A stretch of 64,000 nt of DNA from Gammaproteobacteria bacterium. GTDB lineage: Bacteria; Pseudomonadota; Gammaproteobacteria; WOZS01. The stretch is taken from assembly GCA_011620135.1 (NCBI GenBank), contig WOZS01000014.1:130-64129 (forward strand). Reading direction: 5' to 3'. The position numbers were made by a program, and so were the translations under genes. Under the pieces are notes generated by a model, which saw nothing but the letters and a program-made list of their open reading frames with translations, searched no databases and was not told the DNA's origin. Below are positions 49,939-61,117 of this stretch, piece by piece. Numbering within the stretch: position 1 is the first letter of the stretch; each line of letters starts with the position of its first letter.

Positions 49939-51132
49939 CTATTTGCGCCCTGCAGCCCAGCGGAAGCCGAAGCCGAAACCCTCATCCATGAGCTGTTGAT
50001 CGCGGAAGTAGCGCACCTGTTTGGAAATACGTATATTGCCGCCCTCGTTTTCCAGAAGTGCAATGGCACAGCAGCGCTCGTTGCTGGCTGTGCTGTCCAT
50101 GTTGACCACCAGTTCAGGATGGCCTGGAGCCCTGATGGTGACCACGCCGTCGGTCTGTGCCCAGTTGGGCACGCCCTCATAGATGAAGGCATAGACCAGA
50201 GCGCGCTCGAATTGATCCCAATATGCGCCATTGAGGCGCAGATTTTCGCCCTCGGTAGCACTGCCGGTGCGGTCATCACCCATGAGCTGCAGATAGGGCC
50301 ACTGCTCAAAGAAGCCGAAATTCTCACCCAAGGCCTGGATGACCGTTTTCTGGCCGTCCCGGTAGGCCGCCATGCAACCCAGGTCCAGGTCGATGCCGCC
50401 TGAACCGCGCAGGCGCTGCAGCAATCCTCTGGATTGCTGACCCGCTGGGCTGCGATTCCAGTTGAGGTTGATGAGCATCTCGCCCAGACCGCGGCCCTTT
50501 TCCAAGGAAACAGGCTTGTTCTTTTCCAGGACCACCTTGTGCAGGCGCACGCCCGGTGCGGACTCAGCCGAACTGGGCGGTGGCGCGGCAGGTGCTGCAG
50601 CTGGCGGTTGGGCTGGTCGTTCTTCTGTGATGTCCACACCGAGATGGCTGGCCAGTGCGGCAAGCCCGCCCACGAATCCCTGCCCCACGGCACGCACTTT
50701 CCATTGCTCCTTGTGGCGATAGATCTCGCCCATGATGAGGGCTGCCTCAGCCATACCTGCTGTGGGCAGGCGGAATGTGATGGTTTCGCCGCCATCATGC
50801 ACCTGCATCTGGGCTGCTGTGATCTGGCCGAAGGTTTGGCGGCGCGTCGTTCCTTCGTGGATGGTCAGGACGAACTGGATCTTGCTTGCGGTCCGCTCCA
50901 GCCGCCCCAGATCCAGGGTAAAGGTGCCGGGATCACCAAGCGTGACGGCACCCTGGCCGAAGTCCTTCTGGCCATAGAAGATGAAGGCGGCATCGCCCAG
51001 CACCTTGCCATCGACCCCCAGGACAAAGGCACTGGCGTCGATCTCCATGCCCTGTGGCACACCCTGGGTGGTCAGGGTGACGCGGGGTGATGCGGTGCGC
51101 AGGGGCTGGTTGGCGCCTTGTTGTAGATCCAT
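49939..51132 (-). CDS. tandem TerD-domain stress protein (TerD/TerA family)
   Basis: 397 aa. The N-terminal half carries TerD hallmarks (FGQITAAQMQV...EAALIMGEIYRHKEQWKVRAVGQGFVGGLAALASHLGV). The second half shows the same fold pattern (GIDLDLGCMAAY...GDDRTGS...RCCAIALLENEGGNIRISKQVRYF). A Pro/Ala linker separates the halves. Confidence 0.6.
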   Translation of the reverse strand: MDLQQGANQPLRTASPRVTLTTQGVPQGMEIDASAFVLGVDGKVLGDAAFIFYGQKDFGQGAVTLGDPGTFTLDLGRLERTASKIQFVLTIHEGTTRRQTFGQITAAQMQVHDGGETITFRLPTAGMAEAALIMGEIYRHKEQWKVRAVGQGFVGGLAALASHLGVDITEERPAQPPAAAPAAPPPSSAESAPGVRLHKVVLEKNKPVSLEKGRGLGEMLINLNWNRSPAGQQSRGLLQRLRGSGGIDLDLGCMAAYRDGQKTVIQALGENFGFFEQWPYLQLMGDDRTGSATEGENLRLNGAYWDQFERALVYAFIYEGVPNWAQTDGVVTIRAPGHPELVVNMDSTASNERCCAIALLENEGGNIRISKQVRYFRDQQLMDEGFGFGFRWAAGRK

Positions 51133-51147
51133 GCTGGTCTCCCAGGT

Positions 51148-52152
51148 CTAGGCGGGGTGCTGATCAGACGAGGTTGTGCCCATCTCCGGGCTGGTGGATT
51201 GGGGGCTGGGTTGGCGTGGGGTCGATTTGCGCTGCCCCTGGTCATCAGCAGCAGCATCGATGGTTATCGCAACCCCAGAAGCGCTCTGGTAGGAACCGGG
51301 GGCCTCGGCCACCAGCAACGCTCTCCAGCCCTGCCCCTGGGGGGCCAAGCGCAGCACATGGCCCGGGGCATGGCTGCCGCGCTGCTCCGGGGTGGTTGTG
51401 GCGCTGTAAAGAGGTGTGCCCGGCTCCAGCCATTGGGCTGCCGTGCCATGGTACAAATGGCGCTTGACCTGGCCGCGAAAATGCACCCGGGCTACGATCT
51501 CCTGGCCGGGATAGCAGCCTTTCTCCATGCTGAGGCCGCCTTGCTGCTCCAGGTTCAGCATCTGCGGCAGGAACAGGCCGCTTGTGCCCGGCAGGATCCA
51601 GGGCATCCCAGTCGCTATCTCCTGGCCATGGAAAGCCGCCCATGGGGATGGCGCCGCTGGCGGGGCATGGGCTGGATCCCGTGGCGCGCTGGTCCAATGG
51701 AGCACCCAGCCGTTGGGCCAGCCAAGGCTGTATTGCTCGCCTTCGCCTGCCGGACGGATGAAGCCCTGCCAGGGTGCTGCTCCTGGTTGTGTTGCCAGCG
51801 GCTCTTGCAGCTCAATGGCGCCCTGCCAGGAAACAAGGCGCACCTTGGTGCGCAGGATATAGCGGGACAACAGCCTGCTGGTCTCGGCGCGCATGATCTC
51901 GGGTACAACCAGCCACGCCTGCTGGGGGCTTGCGAGCGCCACCACGACCACAAACAGGACCCGGCCCTGGGGGTTCAGGAAAGCAGCCGGTACAGCCTGG
52001 ATGGTTCCCGCCGCCGGTGCCAGGGCGCGCAGGTCGGCGGTGAGCAGGTTCTGTAAAAATGGTTGCGCTTCAGGGCCGGTGACCTGGAGCAGCGCCAGGG
52101 GTGGTGCCCAGGCTTGCTCTTCTGTTGTGCTTGGGTTGTGGTTGGCATCCAT
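51148..52152 (-). CDS. ygfZ: folate-binding Fe-S cluster repair / tRNA-modification protein YgfZ (GcvT-like)
   Basis: 334 aa. Contains the signature KGCYPGQEIVARVHFRGQVKR (YgfZ K-G-C-Y-x-G-Q-E motif). Confidence 0.7.
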   Translation of the reverse strand: MDANHNPSTTEEQAWAPPLALLQVTGPEAQPFLQNLLTADLRALAPAAGTIQAVPAAFLNPQGRVLFVVVVALASPQQAWLVVPEIMRAETSRLLSRYILRTKVRLVSWQGAIELQEPLATQPGAAPWQGFIRPAGEGEQYSLGWPNGWVLHWTSAPRDPAHAPPAAPSPWAAFHGQEIATGMPWILPGTSGLFLPQMLNLEQQGGLSMEKGCYPGQEIVARVHFRGQVKRHLYHGTAAQWLEPGTPLYSATTTPEQRGSHAPGHVLRLAPQGQGWRALLVAEAPGSYQSASGVAITIDAAADDQGQRKSTPRQPSPQSTSPEMGTTSSDQHPA

Positions 52153-52255
52153 GGCATCTTGTCCGCAAGTGGTCCAATGAGGTTCGGGGGGCGACCCACA
52201 CAGGGAATTATACGCGCTTCATCCAGCCTAGCACAGCGCACGCCGCCGAGGAATG

Positions 52256-53512
52256 TCAGACGTTGCTGACCGCCGGGGCTGGCTTGCGCACCACGTGCGA
52301 CATGGCCAGTAGTCCATTGATCAGCAAGACGGCGCTGGTGGCCAAAAAGAGCGCGTGGAAGCCGAACCGGGACGCCACCAGCCCCCCCAGCATGGGGCCG
52401 GCGATCTGGCCCAGGCACTGGCTGGTCTGCATGTAGCCATAGACGCGCCCTGCCACCTGTTCTGGGGTATGGCAGCGGATCAGGGCGCTCAGCGCTGGCA
52501 ACAGGCCAGCCAAGGTCATGCCCATCACCAGTCTCGAGGCGACGAAGGACCAGTAATGGGACAGCATGGGCTGGATCATCAGGACCAAGGCTGTGCCCAG
52601 CAGGTTCAACGTGGCCATCCGCAGATGGCCCAGGCGATCGGCCAGGCGCCCCACGCCCGGGGCCAACAACATGCTGGAGAATGCCGGTGCCGAGACCACA
52701 AGCCCTGCCAGCAAGGAAGGATTCCTGGCATGGGGCGCCAGCTGACCCACGAAGACGGTGACGATGGGCTCGATGGACATCAGGGAAAACTGCAGTGACA
52801 TGGCGGTGAACAGCACCATGATCACCAGGTGCCGGTTGGTAATGGAGGACCATAGGGGCGGCAGTTGAACCTGTGCGGCGGCGGTGTGCGGCGCCTCATA
52901 CACATACAACCAGGTGAGCAGGCCGCTGATCAGCAGAAAACCACCTGTCACCAGGAAGGTGCCCCGTACCCCGATGTGGTCGGCGAGGAAGCCACCCAGC
53001 AGAGGGCCCAGCAGGTTGCCAGCCAAAGCACCACTGGACAGCACACCCATGACCCAGCCACAGCGCTCCTGGGGCACCTGATGGGCCAACAGGACACCGG
53101 CGGCAGGGACGTAGCCTGCCACCATGCCCATCAGCAACCGCATGGCGGTGAGCTGGTAGACATTGTCTGCCGCGGCCATGGCGGCCATCACCACCGCCAT
53201 GCCCAGGCTGGCACGCAAGAGCATGGGCTTTTTGCCATACCGATCGGCCAGGCGACCCCACACGGGCGCCATGATGGCTGCGGTGATGAACGTGGCGCCA
53301 AAGGCTACCCCGGACCAGCGCACCACACCGGCCTGGGTGTGGATGCCGAGGTGTTCCACATAAAGCGGCAGGAAGGGCAGGACCAGTGTCAGGCCCATCA
53401 CGCAGATAAAGGCGCAGATGGTGCATACGAACAGGTTGCGCCGCCAGATGGAAGGAGGGGTCAAAATGCGCCTCGAGTCGCCATGCCCCACAAGGGCATG
53501 ACAAGACATCAA
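52256..53512 (-). CDS. MFS transporter, MdtG-like
   Basis: 418 aa with 12 predicted TM segments. The N-terminus WRRNLFVCTICAFICVMGLTLVLPFLPLYVEHLGI aligns with MdtG-type efflux pumps. Confidence 0.85.
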   Translation of the reverse strand: MMSCHALVGHGDSRRILTPPSIWRRNLFVCTICAFICVMGLTLVLPFLPLYVEHLGIHTQAGVVRWSGVAFGATFITAAIMAPVWGRLADRYGKKPMLLRASLGMAVVMAAMAAADNVYQLTAMRLLMGMVAGYVPAAGVLLAHQVPQERCGWVMGVLSSGALAGNLLGPLLGGFLADHIGVRGTFLVTGGFLLISGLLTWLYVYEAPHTAAAQVQLPPLWSSITNRHLVIMVLFTAMSLQFSLMSIEPIVTVFVGQLAPHARNPSLLAGLVVSAPAFSSMLLAPGVGRLADRLGHLRMATLNLLGTALVLMIQPMLSHYWSFVASRLVMGMTLAGLLPALSALIRCHTPEQVAGRVYGYMQTSQCLGQIAGPMLGGLVASRFGFHALFLATSAVLLINGLLAMSHVVRKPAPAVSNV

Positions 53513-53572
53513 AATAGGCTATCCTATCACAAAGATGCTATCAAGGCCACAGTCGGGTTCATGCCGGATGGC

Positions 53573-54247
53573 TCAGGGTACCCGGATGCCCACCTCGTCC
53601 AGATGGCGCAGCAGGTCCAGTGGATCCTCATAGACCCGGTAGGCCCCGGCGCGCACCAGTTCATCCTGGCCGTAGCCGCCAGACAGCAGGCCCACGCCCA
53701 GGCTGCGCGCACGCCGTGCTGCCAGCAGGTCCCAGACGCTGTCACCCACCACCACCGCCTCTTCGGGAGCGATGTGCAGGCGGCTTGCGGCCTCCAGGAA
53801 AAGATCGGGGTCTGGCTTGGCATGGCGTACCTGATCCCGGGTCACCAGGGGGGTATCGGGCGGCAATGGCAGCACGGCCAGGACCTGCTGGGCGGTCTCC
53901 CGGCGACCGCTGGTGGCGATGGCAAAGGGCACCTGCTGAACCGCCAGATGGCTCAACAGAGCCTCGGCACCGGGCAGGGGTCGCACCCGGTGGGCGTGGG
54001 CGGCGTAGGCATGGGCATGCAATCCCAGCAACTGCGCCTGGGCCTGGGGGTCGATGCGCCCGCCGGTCTCCCGCAGCAGCGCCTGGGTGAGCAGGCCGCC
54101 ACTCATGCCCACCTTGCGATGGATGCGCCAGGTCGACAGATCGATGCCCACCTGACTCAAGGCCTCCTGCCAAGCCAGCACATGCTGGTAGACGCTGTCC
54201 ACCAGTGTGCCGTCCAGATCGAATATCACGCCTCCTGGCCTGCCCAT
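53573..54247 (-). CDS. HAD-superfamily hydrolase (phosphoglycolate phosphatase-like)
   Basis: The start at ATG 54247 gives MGRPGGVIFDLDGTLVDS (HAD motif I DxDGT), followed by motif III/IV (VGDSVWD). The six-frame ORF extends to 54346. Confidence 0.75.
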   Translation of the reverse strand: MGRPGGVIFDLDGTLVDSVYQHVLAWQEALSQVGIDLSTWRIHRKVGMSGGLLTQALLRETGGRIDPQAQAQLLGLHAHAYAAHAHRVRPLPGAEALLSHLAVQQVPFAIATSGRRETAQQVLAVLPLPPDTPLVTRDQVRHAKPDPDLFLEAASRLHIAPEEAVVVGDSVWDLLAARRARSLGVGLLSGGYGQDELVRAGAYRVYEDPLDLLRHLDEVGIRVP

Positions 54248-54382
54248 GACCACACTATAGCGCCAATCCGCGGTGTTTGTCTTGCCGCCCCCAGTGGTTT
54301 TGTGCCGGCCTGAGCCCCTGCGAAGCGCTAGCTGTCTGCAGCCCATGCCCAGGGGCCAGTGCCGAGACAGCCTGGGCGAGGA

Positions 54383-55840
54383 TTACTCTCCGGCAGGCGC
54401 TGCGGCGAGGCGAGCGGCAAAAAGCTCACCAAGGCGCTTGGGATCGCCGCGGCCTGCCGAGCGCTTCATGGCCTGACCCACGAAATAGCCCAGCAGCCGA
54501 TCCTTGCCCTGCCGATATTCGGCCACTTGCTGGGGGTTGGCGGTGATGATCGCCTCCACCAGCTCGTGGAGCACGGCATCATCGCGCACCTGGCGCAGCC
54601 CCAGGCGATCGATGAGGGTATCGCAGTCCTCCGGGGGCTCGCCTTGCTGGCACTGCTGCCACAGCACCTCCAGGATCTCCTTGGCGGCCAGTCTGGAGAT
54701 GACCCCTTGCTCGAGGCGGGCCAGCAACGTGGCGAGCCGCGCGGGTGCCACCAGGGGCGCGCCCTGCCCCCTGTGCAGCGCCAGCACCTCACCGGTGACC
54801 CAGTTGGCCGCCAAAGCAGGCGGTACGGCAGGCTGTACCGCCAGCACCGCCTCAAAGTAGTCGGCAAGATCCTTGTCGCTGGTGAGCAGCGCGGCCTGGG
54901 CCCGGGGCAGGCCATAGCTGGCCTCGAGGCGCGCTCGCCGGGCATCGGGGAGTTCGGGCATGGTCTCGCGGATCGCCTCGATCCAGGCCTCGTCGATGAC
55001 CACCGGCAAGAGGTCAGGGTCCGGGAAATAGCGGTAGTCCATGGCCTCTTCCTTGCCGCGCATGCGACGGGTTTCTCCCCTGGCCGGATCGAAAAGACGG
55101 GTTTCCTGTTCCACCCTGCCACCGCTTTCCAAGACGGCGATCTGGCGCTCGATCTCGTAGGCGATGGCCTTTTCCACGAAGCGAAACGAGTTCAGGTTCT
55201 TGATCTCGCTGCGCGTCCCCAGCACGGTGGCGCCGACCCGGCGCACCGAGACGTTGGCATCGCAGCGAAAGGAGCCTTCCTGCATGTTGCCATCGCAGAT
55301 GCCAAGCCAGCGCACCAGGGTGTGCAGCTTGCGCAGGTAGTGGCCCGCCTCGGCGGCGCTGTGCATCTCGGGGCCCGAGACCACCTCCAGGAGTGGTGTG
55401 CCGGCACGGTTGAGATCCACGCCGCTGGCCCCACCCAGGCCCTCATGCAGGCTCTTGCCAGCGTCTTCCTCCAGATGGGCGCGCACCACGGTGATGGGGC
55501 GCTCGCCCTGGTCACCCTCGATCAGCAGCACGCCGTCTGCCACGATGGGCTGCTCGTACTGGCTGATCTGGTAGCCCTTGGGAAGATCCGGATAGAAATA
55601 ATGCTTGCGAGCAAACACCGACTGCCGGTCGATGCGCGCGCCCAGCGCCAGGCCGAAGCGGATCGCCATGGCGATCGCTTCCCGGTTGGGCACCGGCAGC
55701 ACGCCGGGCAAGCCCATGTCCACAGCACAGGCGGTGGCATTGGGTGGCGCACCATAGCTGGAAGCCGCCCCGGAAAAGAGCTTGCTTGCGGTGGCAAGCC
55801 GCACATGGACCTCGAGACCGATGACCGCCTCCCAGCTCAT
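54383..55840 (-). CDS. gatB: Asp-tRNA(Asn)/Glu-tRNA(Gln) amidotransferase subunit B
   Basis: 485 aa. MSWEAVIGLEVHVRL N-terminus and full GatB body. Confidence 0.95.
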   Translation of the reverse strand: MSWEAVIGLEVHVRLATASKLFSGAASSYGAPPNATACAVDMGLPGVLPVPNREAIAMAIRFGLALGARIDRQSVFARKHYFYPDLPKGYQISQYEQPIVADGVLLIEGDQGERPITVVRAHLEEDAGKSLHEGLGGASGVDLNRAGTPLLEVVSGPEMHSAAEAGHYLRKLHTLVRWLGICDGNMQEGSFRCDANVSVRRVGATVLGTRSEIKNLNSFRFVEKAIAYEIERQIAVLESGGRVEQETRLFDPARGETRRMRGKEEAMDYRYFPDPDLLPVVIDEAWIEAIRETMPELPDARRARLEASYGLPRAQAALLTSDKDLADYFEAVLAVQPAVPPALAANWVTGEVLALHRGQGAPLVAPARLATLLARLEQGVISRLAAKEILEVLWQQCQQGEPPEDCDTLIDRLGLRQVRDDAVLHELVEAIITANPQQVAEYRQGKDRLLGYFVGQAMKRSAGRGDPKRLGELFAARLAAAPAGE

Positions 55841-55883
55841 GGCGCTTTCCCCGGCATTGCGCTTAGCGGCGTGCTGGCCATGG

Positions 55884-57344
55884 TCACGAAAAAGCCTCTG
55901 GAAGGCGGCGGTGGTAGTCGGTGGCCTGCTGGAAGCGGTGCGCCACGGCCAGCAGGAGTTCCTCGCTGAACGGCCGGCCGATCAGCTGCAGTCCCACCGG
56001 CAGCCCGTCCACCTCGCCACAGGGGATGGAGATGGCCGGTAGCCCGGCAAGGTTGACCGGGATGGTGTTGATATCACTTTGGTACATGGCAAGCGGATCG
56101 GCCGTCTTGGCGCCCAGGGCAAAGGCTGTCTCCGGGGCAGTGGGCCCCAGCAGGATGTCTGCCTGCTCGAAGGCGTGGTGAAAATCAGCGGCGATGAGAT
56201 GCCGGGCGCGCTGCGCCTGGAGGTAGAAGGCATCGTAATAGCCCCGGGAGAGCACGTAGGTGCCGATGAGGATGCGTCTTTTCACCTCGGGCCCGAAGCC
56301 CTCGCTGCGGCTCCTGGCGTAGAGCTCGTAAAGGCTGTGCGCCTCGGCGCAGCGATAGCCGTAGCGCACGCCATCGTAGCGCGCGAGGTTGGACGAGGCC
56401 TCGGCGGGCGCCAGGATGTAGTAGGTGGGCAGTGCCAGATGCAGCTCGCGCAGATGGGCCGAGGTGCAGCGCAGGCCGAGGTTACCGAGGATGGCCGTGG
56501 CCTGTTCCACCACGGCGGCCACGCGACCATCCATGCCGGGCCCGAAGAATTCGTCAACCACCCCCACGCGCAGCCCGGCCAGGGGGTGCTCCAGGTGGGC
56601 CATGTAGTCTGGCACCGCCGCGGTGGCGCTGGTGGCATCGCGCTCGTCGAGCCCGGCGATCACCTGCAGCAGCAGGGCAATATCCGCGGCACTGCGCGCC
56701 ATGATGCCAGCCTGGTCGAGGCTCGAGGCAAAGGCGATCATGCCATAGCGCGATACCCGCCCATAGGTGGGCTTCAAGCCGCTGATGCCGCACAGTGCGG
56801 CCGGCTGGCGCACAGAGCCGCCGGTATCGGTGCCGGTGGCCACAGGGGCAAGGCCGGCTGCCACCACCGCAGCCGACCCGCCCGAAGAGCCACCCGGCAC
56901 CCTGCCTTCATCCCAGGGGTTGCGCACCGGGCCGAAATAACTGGTCTCGTTGGACGAGCCCATGGCAAACTCGTCCATGTTGGTCTTACCCAGCAGCACC
57001 ATGCCTTGTGCCGCAAGCCTGGCAACCACGGTCGCGTCGTAGGGGGCCTTGAAATTGGCCAGCATGCGCGAGCCGCAGGTGGTCAGCAGCCCTTTGGTGC
57101 AGAAGATATCCTTGTGGGCCAGCGGTATGCCATCCAGTGGCCCCAGGACCTCGCCGTGCGCCCGGCGCCGATCGGCGGCCTGTGCTGCCGCCAGGGCTCC
57201 CGCCTCGTCCACGGTGATCCAGGCGTTGAGCCTGCCAGCAAACCGGGCGCTGCGCTCCAGGAAGTGCCGGGTCAGCTCCATGCTGGAACAGCTGCCAGAG
57301 GCAAGAGCCCGGCTCAGCTCAGTGACACTGCGCCAGTCGGTCAT
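55884..57344 (-). CDS. gatA: Glu-tRNA(Gln) amidotransferase subunit A
   Basis: 486 aa. Amidase signature [14 protein letters not shown]. Confidence 0.95.
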   Translation of the reverse strand: MTDWRSVTELSRALASGSCSSMELTRHFLERSARFAGRLNAWITVDEAGALAAAQAADRRRAHGEVLGPLDGIPLAHKDIFCTKGLLTTCGSRMLANFKAPYDATVVARLAAQGMVLLGKTNMDEFAMGSSNETSYFGPVRNPWDEGRVPGGSSGGSAAVVAAGLAPVATGTDTGGSVRQPAALCGISGLKPTYGRVSRYGMIAFASSLDQAGIMARSAADIALLLQVIAGLDERDATSATAAVPDYMAHLEHPLAGLRVGVVDEFFGPGMDGRVAAVVEQATAILGNLGLRCTSAHLRELHLALPTYYILAPAEASSNLARYDGVRYGYRCAEAHSLYELYARSRSEGFGPEVKRRILIGTYVLSRGYYDAFYLQAQRARHLIAADFHHAFEQADILLGPTAPETAFALGAKTADPLAMYQSDINTIPVNLAGLPAISIPCGEVDGLPVGLQLIGRPFSEELLLAVAHRFQQATDYHRRLPEAFS

Positions 57345-57395
57345 CGCTGCGCGTCCATCACCAAGACCGCGGACGCGACTGCGCCATCGAGGCGC

Positions 57396-58785
<1,390 letters not shown>

Positions 58786-58806
58786 CGCATCACGGTTGGG
58801 GGCGGC

Positions 58807-59670
58807 ATGAGCGGGCGCCCCATATTTGTCAAGCGCAGGCCGCTGGGTGCCAGGTTGTTCATGGTGACCGCTACCTGTGCCGTGTTGCTGGTGGTGGACA
58901 GCACCCATGTTAACCCAGGGGGTGTGTTGGGGCGCATCCGTCCTGCGCTGGACGGGTTGGTCCAGCCATTCTATGTCGTGATCGATGCCCCCTTTCGGAT
59001 GCTGCGCCACGTGGGGCTCTATGGGCGTCGCCAACAGAGCCTGGTGCAAGAAAATCAACGGCTTCATCAGGAAAACCTGATTCTTAAGTCCCAGGCGCAA
59101 CGGCTCGCCGCGCTCGAGGCCGAAAATGGCCGCCTGCGCCGCCTCGACCGGCAGATCCAGCACATGGATCGCAAGGCCGTGCTGGCTTCCATTCTCATGG
59201 TGAGCCTCGATCCTTTCCACCATGAGGTCATCCTCAATGTGGGTCAGCAACAGCTCATCCAGCAGGGCTCCGTGGTGCTGGATGAAAGGGGCGTCATGGG
59301 CCAGGTCATCGCCGTCTCCTCACGCACCTCCCGGGCCTTGCTGATCAGCGACGCCGACCATGCCTTGCCGGTGGAGGTGCTGCGCAATGGCACCCACGCG
59401 CTTGCCCAGGGCACGGGCGACATGGGGCGGCTCAGCATCCAGTATCTTCCCTTGACCACCGATATCCGCCAGGGGGACTTGTTGGTGACCTCTGGTCTCG
59501 GCGGCCGTTTTCGGCGTGGCGACCGGGTCGCGGTGGTCCAGCAGGTCAGGCGCGAACCAGGCGCACGCTTCCTGGAGGTGGATGCCGCCCCCGTGGCTTA
59601 TTTGAGTCGCAGCCGCGAGGTGATCGTTCTGCCGCCCTATGACCCCCTGGTCGGCTATGGCGCAGGATGA
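58807..59670 (+). CDS. mreC: rod shape-determining protein MreC
   Basis: 287 aa with N-terminal TM segment, coiled coil and beta-rich periplasmic domain. Located between mreB and mreD. Confidence 0.85.
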   Translation: MSGRPIFVKRRPLGARLFMVTATCAVLLVVDSTHVNPGGVLGRIRPALDGLVQPFYVVIDAPFRMLRHVGLYGRRQQSLVQENQRLHQENLILKSQAQRLAALEAENGRLRRLDRQIQHMDRKAVLASILMVSLDPFHHEVILNVGQQQLIQQGSVVLDERGVMGQVIAVSSRTSRALLISDADHALPVEVLRNGTHALAQGTGDMGRLSIQYLPLTTDIRQGDLLVTSGLGGRFRRGDRVAVVQQVRREPGARFLEVDAAPVAYLSRSREVIVLPPYDPLVGYGAG

Positions 59671-60188
59671 CATCTATTGTGTTCTGGGGCTGGCATCCGC
59701 GATACTGGCCTTTTCTGGCACGTTTTTTTCTGGCAGCCGGGGCTGCCCTGCTCCTGACCATCTGGCCCCTACCACCATCCTGGGCGCTGTACCGACCGGA
59801 ATGGTGTCTTCTGGTGGTGTGGCACCATGCCATCAACCGCCCGGATCGCGCCAGCTTGCTGGGTCCCTGGCTGGTGGGGTTGCTGCTGGATGTGTTGAGC
59901 GGCGGCCCGCTGGGTCTTTATGCCTTGCTGCTGCCGGTGGTGTCCGCCATGGCGGTACGCTGTGCTGCCTTTTTTGATATTTTCGCCATCTGGCAACAGG
60001 CCTTGCTGCTGGTCCCCATGGTGCTGCTCTACGAGATTTCTTCGTTCTGGCTGCATGCCCTGCTGGGTCAGCCCAGTGCCCTGCGTTGGCAAGCGCTGTT
60101 CTGCAGCGTCCTGGTGTGGTGGCCCCTGGAGTGGCTCCTGCAACCCTTGTGGTCGCAGTCACGCCAGGACAAACATCTCGGCTCCTGA
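59667..60188 (+). CDS. mreD: rod shape-determining protein MreD
   Basis: 173-aa polytopic membrane protein overlapping the mreC stop by 4 bp. Confidence 0.8.
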   Translation: MTSIVFWGWHPRYWPFLARFFLAAGAALLLTIWPLPPSWALYRPEWCLLVVWHHAINRPDRASLLGPWLVGLLLDVLSGGPLGLYALLLPVVSAMAVRCAAFFDIFAIWQQALLLVPMVLLYEISSFWLHALLGQPSALRWQALFCSVLVWWPLEWLLQPLWSQSRQDKHLGS

Positions 60189-60312
60189 ACGCCCCCCCTG
60201 TCCAGGCTTCCGGAGCCGGCGGCCTGCCGGGATGAGTGGCCCTCCAGGCGATTGCCTTGCGCAACGCTTGCAATTGAGAGACAATATTTCCTTTTCAGGG
60301 GATTTGATGAGC

Positions 60313-60756
60313 ATGCGTCATTATGAATTGGTCATTCTGTTCCATCCGGAGCAATCCGAGCGGGTGGGCGAGATGGTGGAACGCTATTCCACATTGATCC
60401 AGGAACAGGGCGGCACGGTACATCGCCTTGAAGACTGGGGGCGGCGCACCCTGGCCTATCCCATCCAGAAACTGCGCAAGGCGCATTATGTTCTTGTGAA
60501 TTTCGAATGCGACAACGCCACCTTGGCTATACTGGAAGAGCGTTTGCGCTTCAACGAAGCGGTGCTGCGCCGCATGGTCCTGGCGCGGCCCAGGGCAGAA
60601 ACCACGCCCTCTCCCCTGGAACGCAGTCGCGATCAGGAAGGCCGCGAGCGCTATCGCGACGATGGCGATGAATATGGGTCCGAGGACGACCGGCCCCGCC
60701 GCGCCATGAGCGAGTCCGAGGACGACCGGCCCCGCCGCGCCATGAGCGAAGAGTAA
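60313..60756 (+). CDS. rpsF: 30S ribosomal protein S6 with extended acidic C-terminal tail
   Basis: MRHYELVILFHPEQSERVGEMVERYSTLIQEQGGTVHRLEDWGRRTLAYPIQKLRKAHYVLVNFEC is the S6 signature. The start may be 60307 (MSMRHY). Confidence 0.9.
   Translation: MRHYELVILFHPEQSERVGEMVERYSTLIQEQGGTVHRLEDWGRRTLAYPIQKLRKAHYVLVNFECDNATLAILEERLRFNEAVLRRMVLARPRAETTPSPLERSRDQEGRERYRDDGDEYGSEDDRPRRAMSESEDDRPRRAMSEE
60682..60753 (+). repeat. in-frame 36-bp tandem duplication (2 copies, about 33/36 identical) in the rpsF 3' end
   Basis: Unit 1 (60682..60717) is gaggacgaccggccccgccgcgccatgagcgagtcc. Unit 2 (60718..60753) is gaggacgaccggccccgccgcgccatgagcgaagag. Together they encode EDDRPRRAMSES / EDDRPRRAMSEE. 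Confidence 0.85.
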
Positions 60757-60827
60757 AGCGGAGAGCCGGCCCGAGACCCAGTAGATACCCTGTGTTGTGA
60801 TGCCATTGTTGACAGGAGGTCCCCATC

Positions 60828-61064
60828 ATGTCTGCTCGTTTTCCCAAGAAGGCGCGCTTTTGCCGTTTCACCGCCGAAGGGGTGGAAGAGATCGACTACA
60901 AGGACATCCAGACCCTTCGCTCATATATCTCTGAAACAGGAAAGATCATCCCCAGCCGCATCACAGGTACCAGTGCCCGCTATCAGCGCCAGCTGGCTCG
61001 GGCCATCAAGCGGGCTCGATTCCTGGCCCTGCTGCCCTATACCGACCAGCATCGCCTCAGCTGA
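60828..61064 (+). CDS. rpsR: 30S ribosomal protein S18
   Basis: 78 aa. [16 protein letters not shown]...[28 protein letters not shown]. Confidence 0.95.
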   Translation: MSARFPKKARFCRFTAEGVEEIDYKDIQTLRSYISETGKIIPSRITGTSARYQRQLARAIKRARFLALLPYTDQHRLS

Positions 61065-61117
61065 CCGGACAGTTTGACCAGACACCCTTTCCATAACACA
61101 GCGTAATCACCAAGAAC

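Noticed and set aside
54288-54338. Inverted repeat GCTGTCT...AGACAGC downstream of gatB
   Set aside because: A 28-nt loop, a 7-bp stem and no U-tract on the transcribed strand make it a weak terminator candidate.
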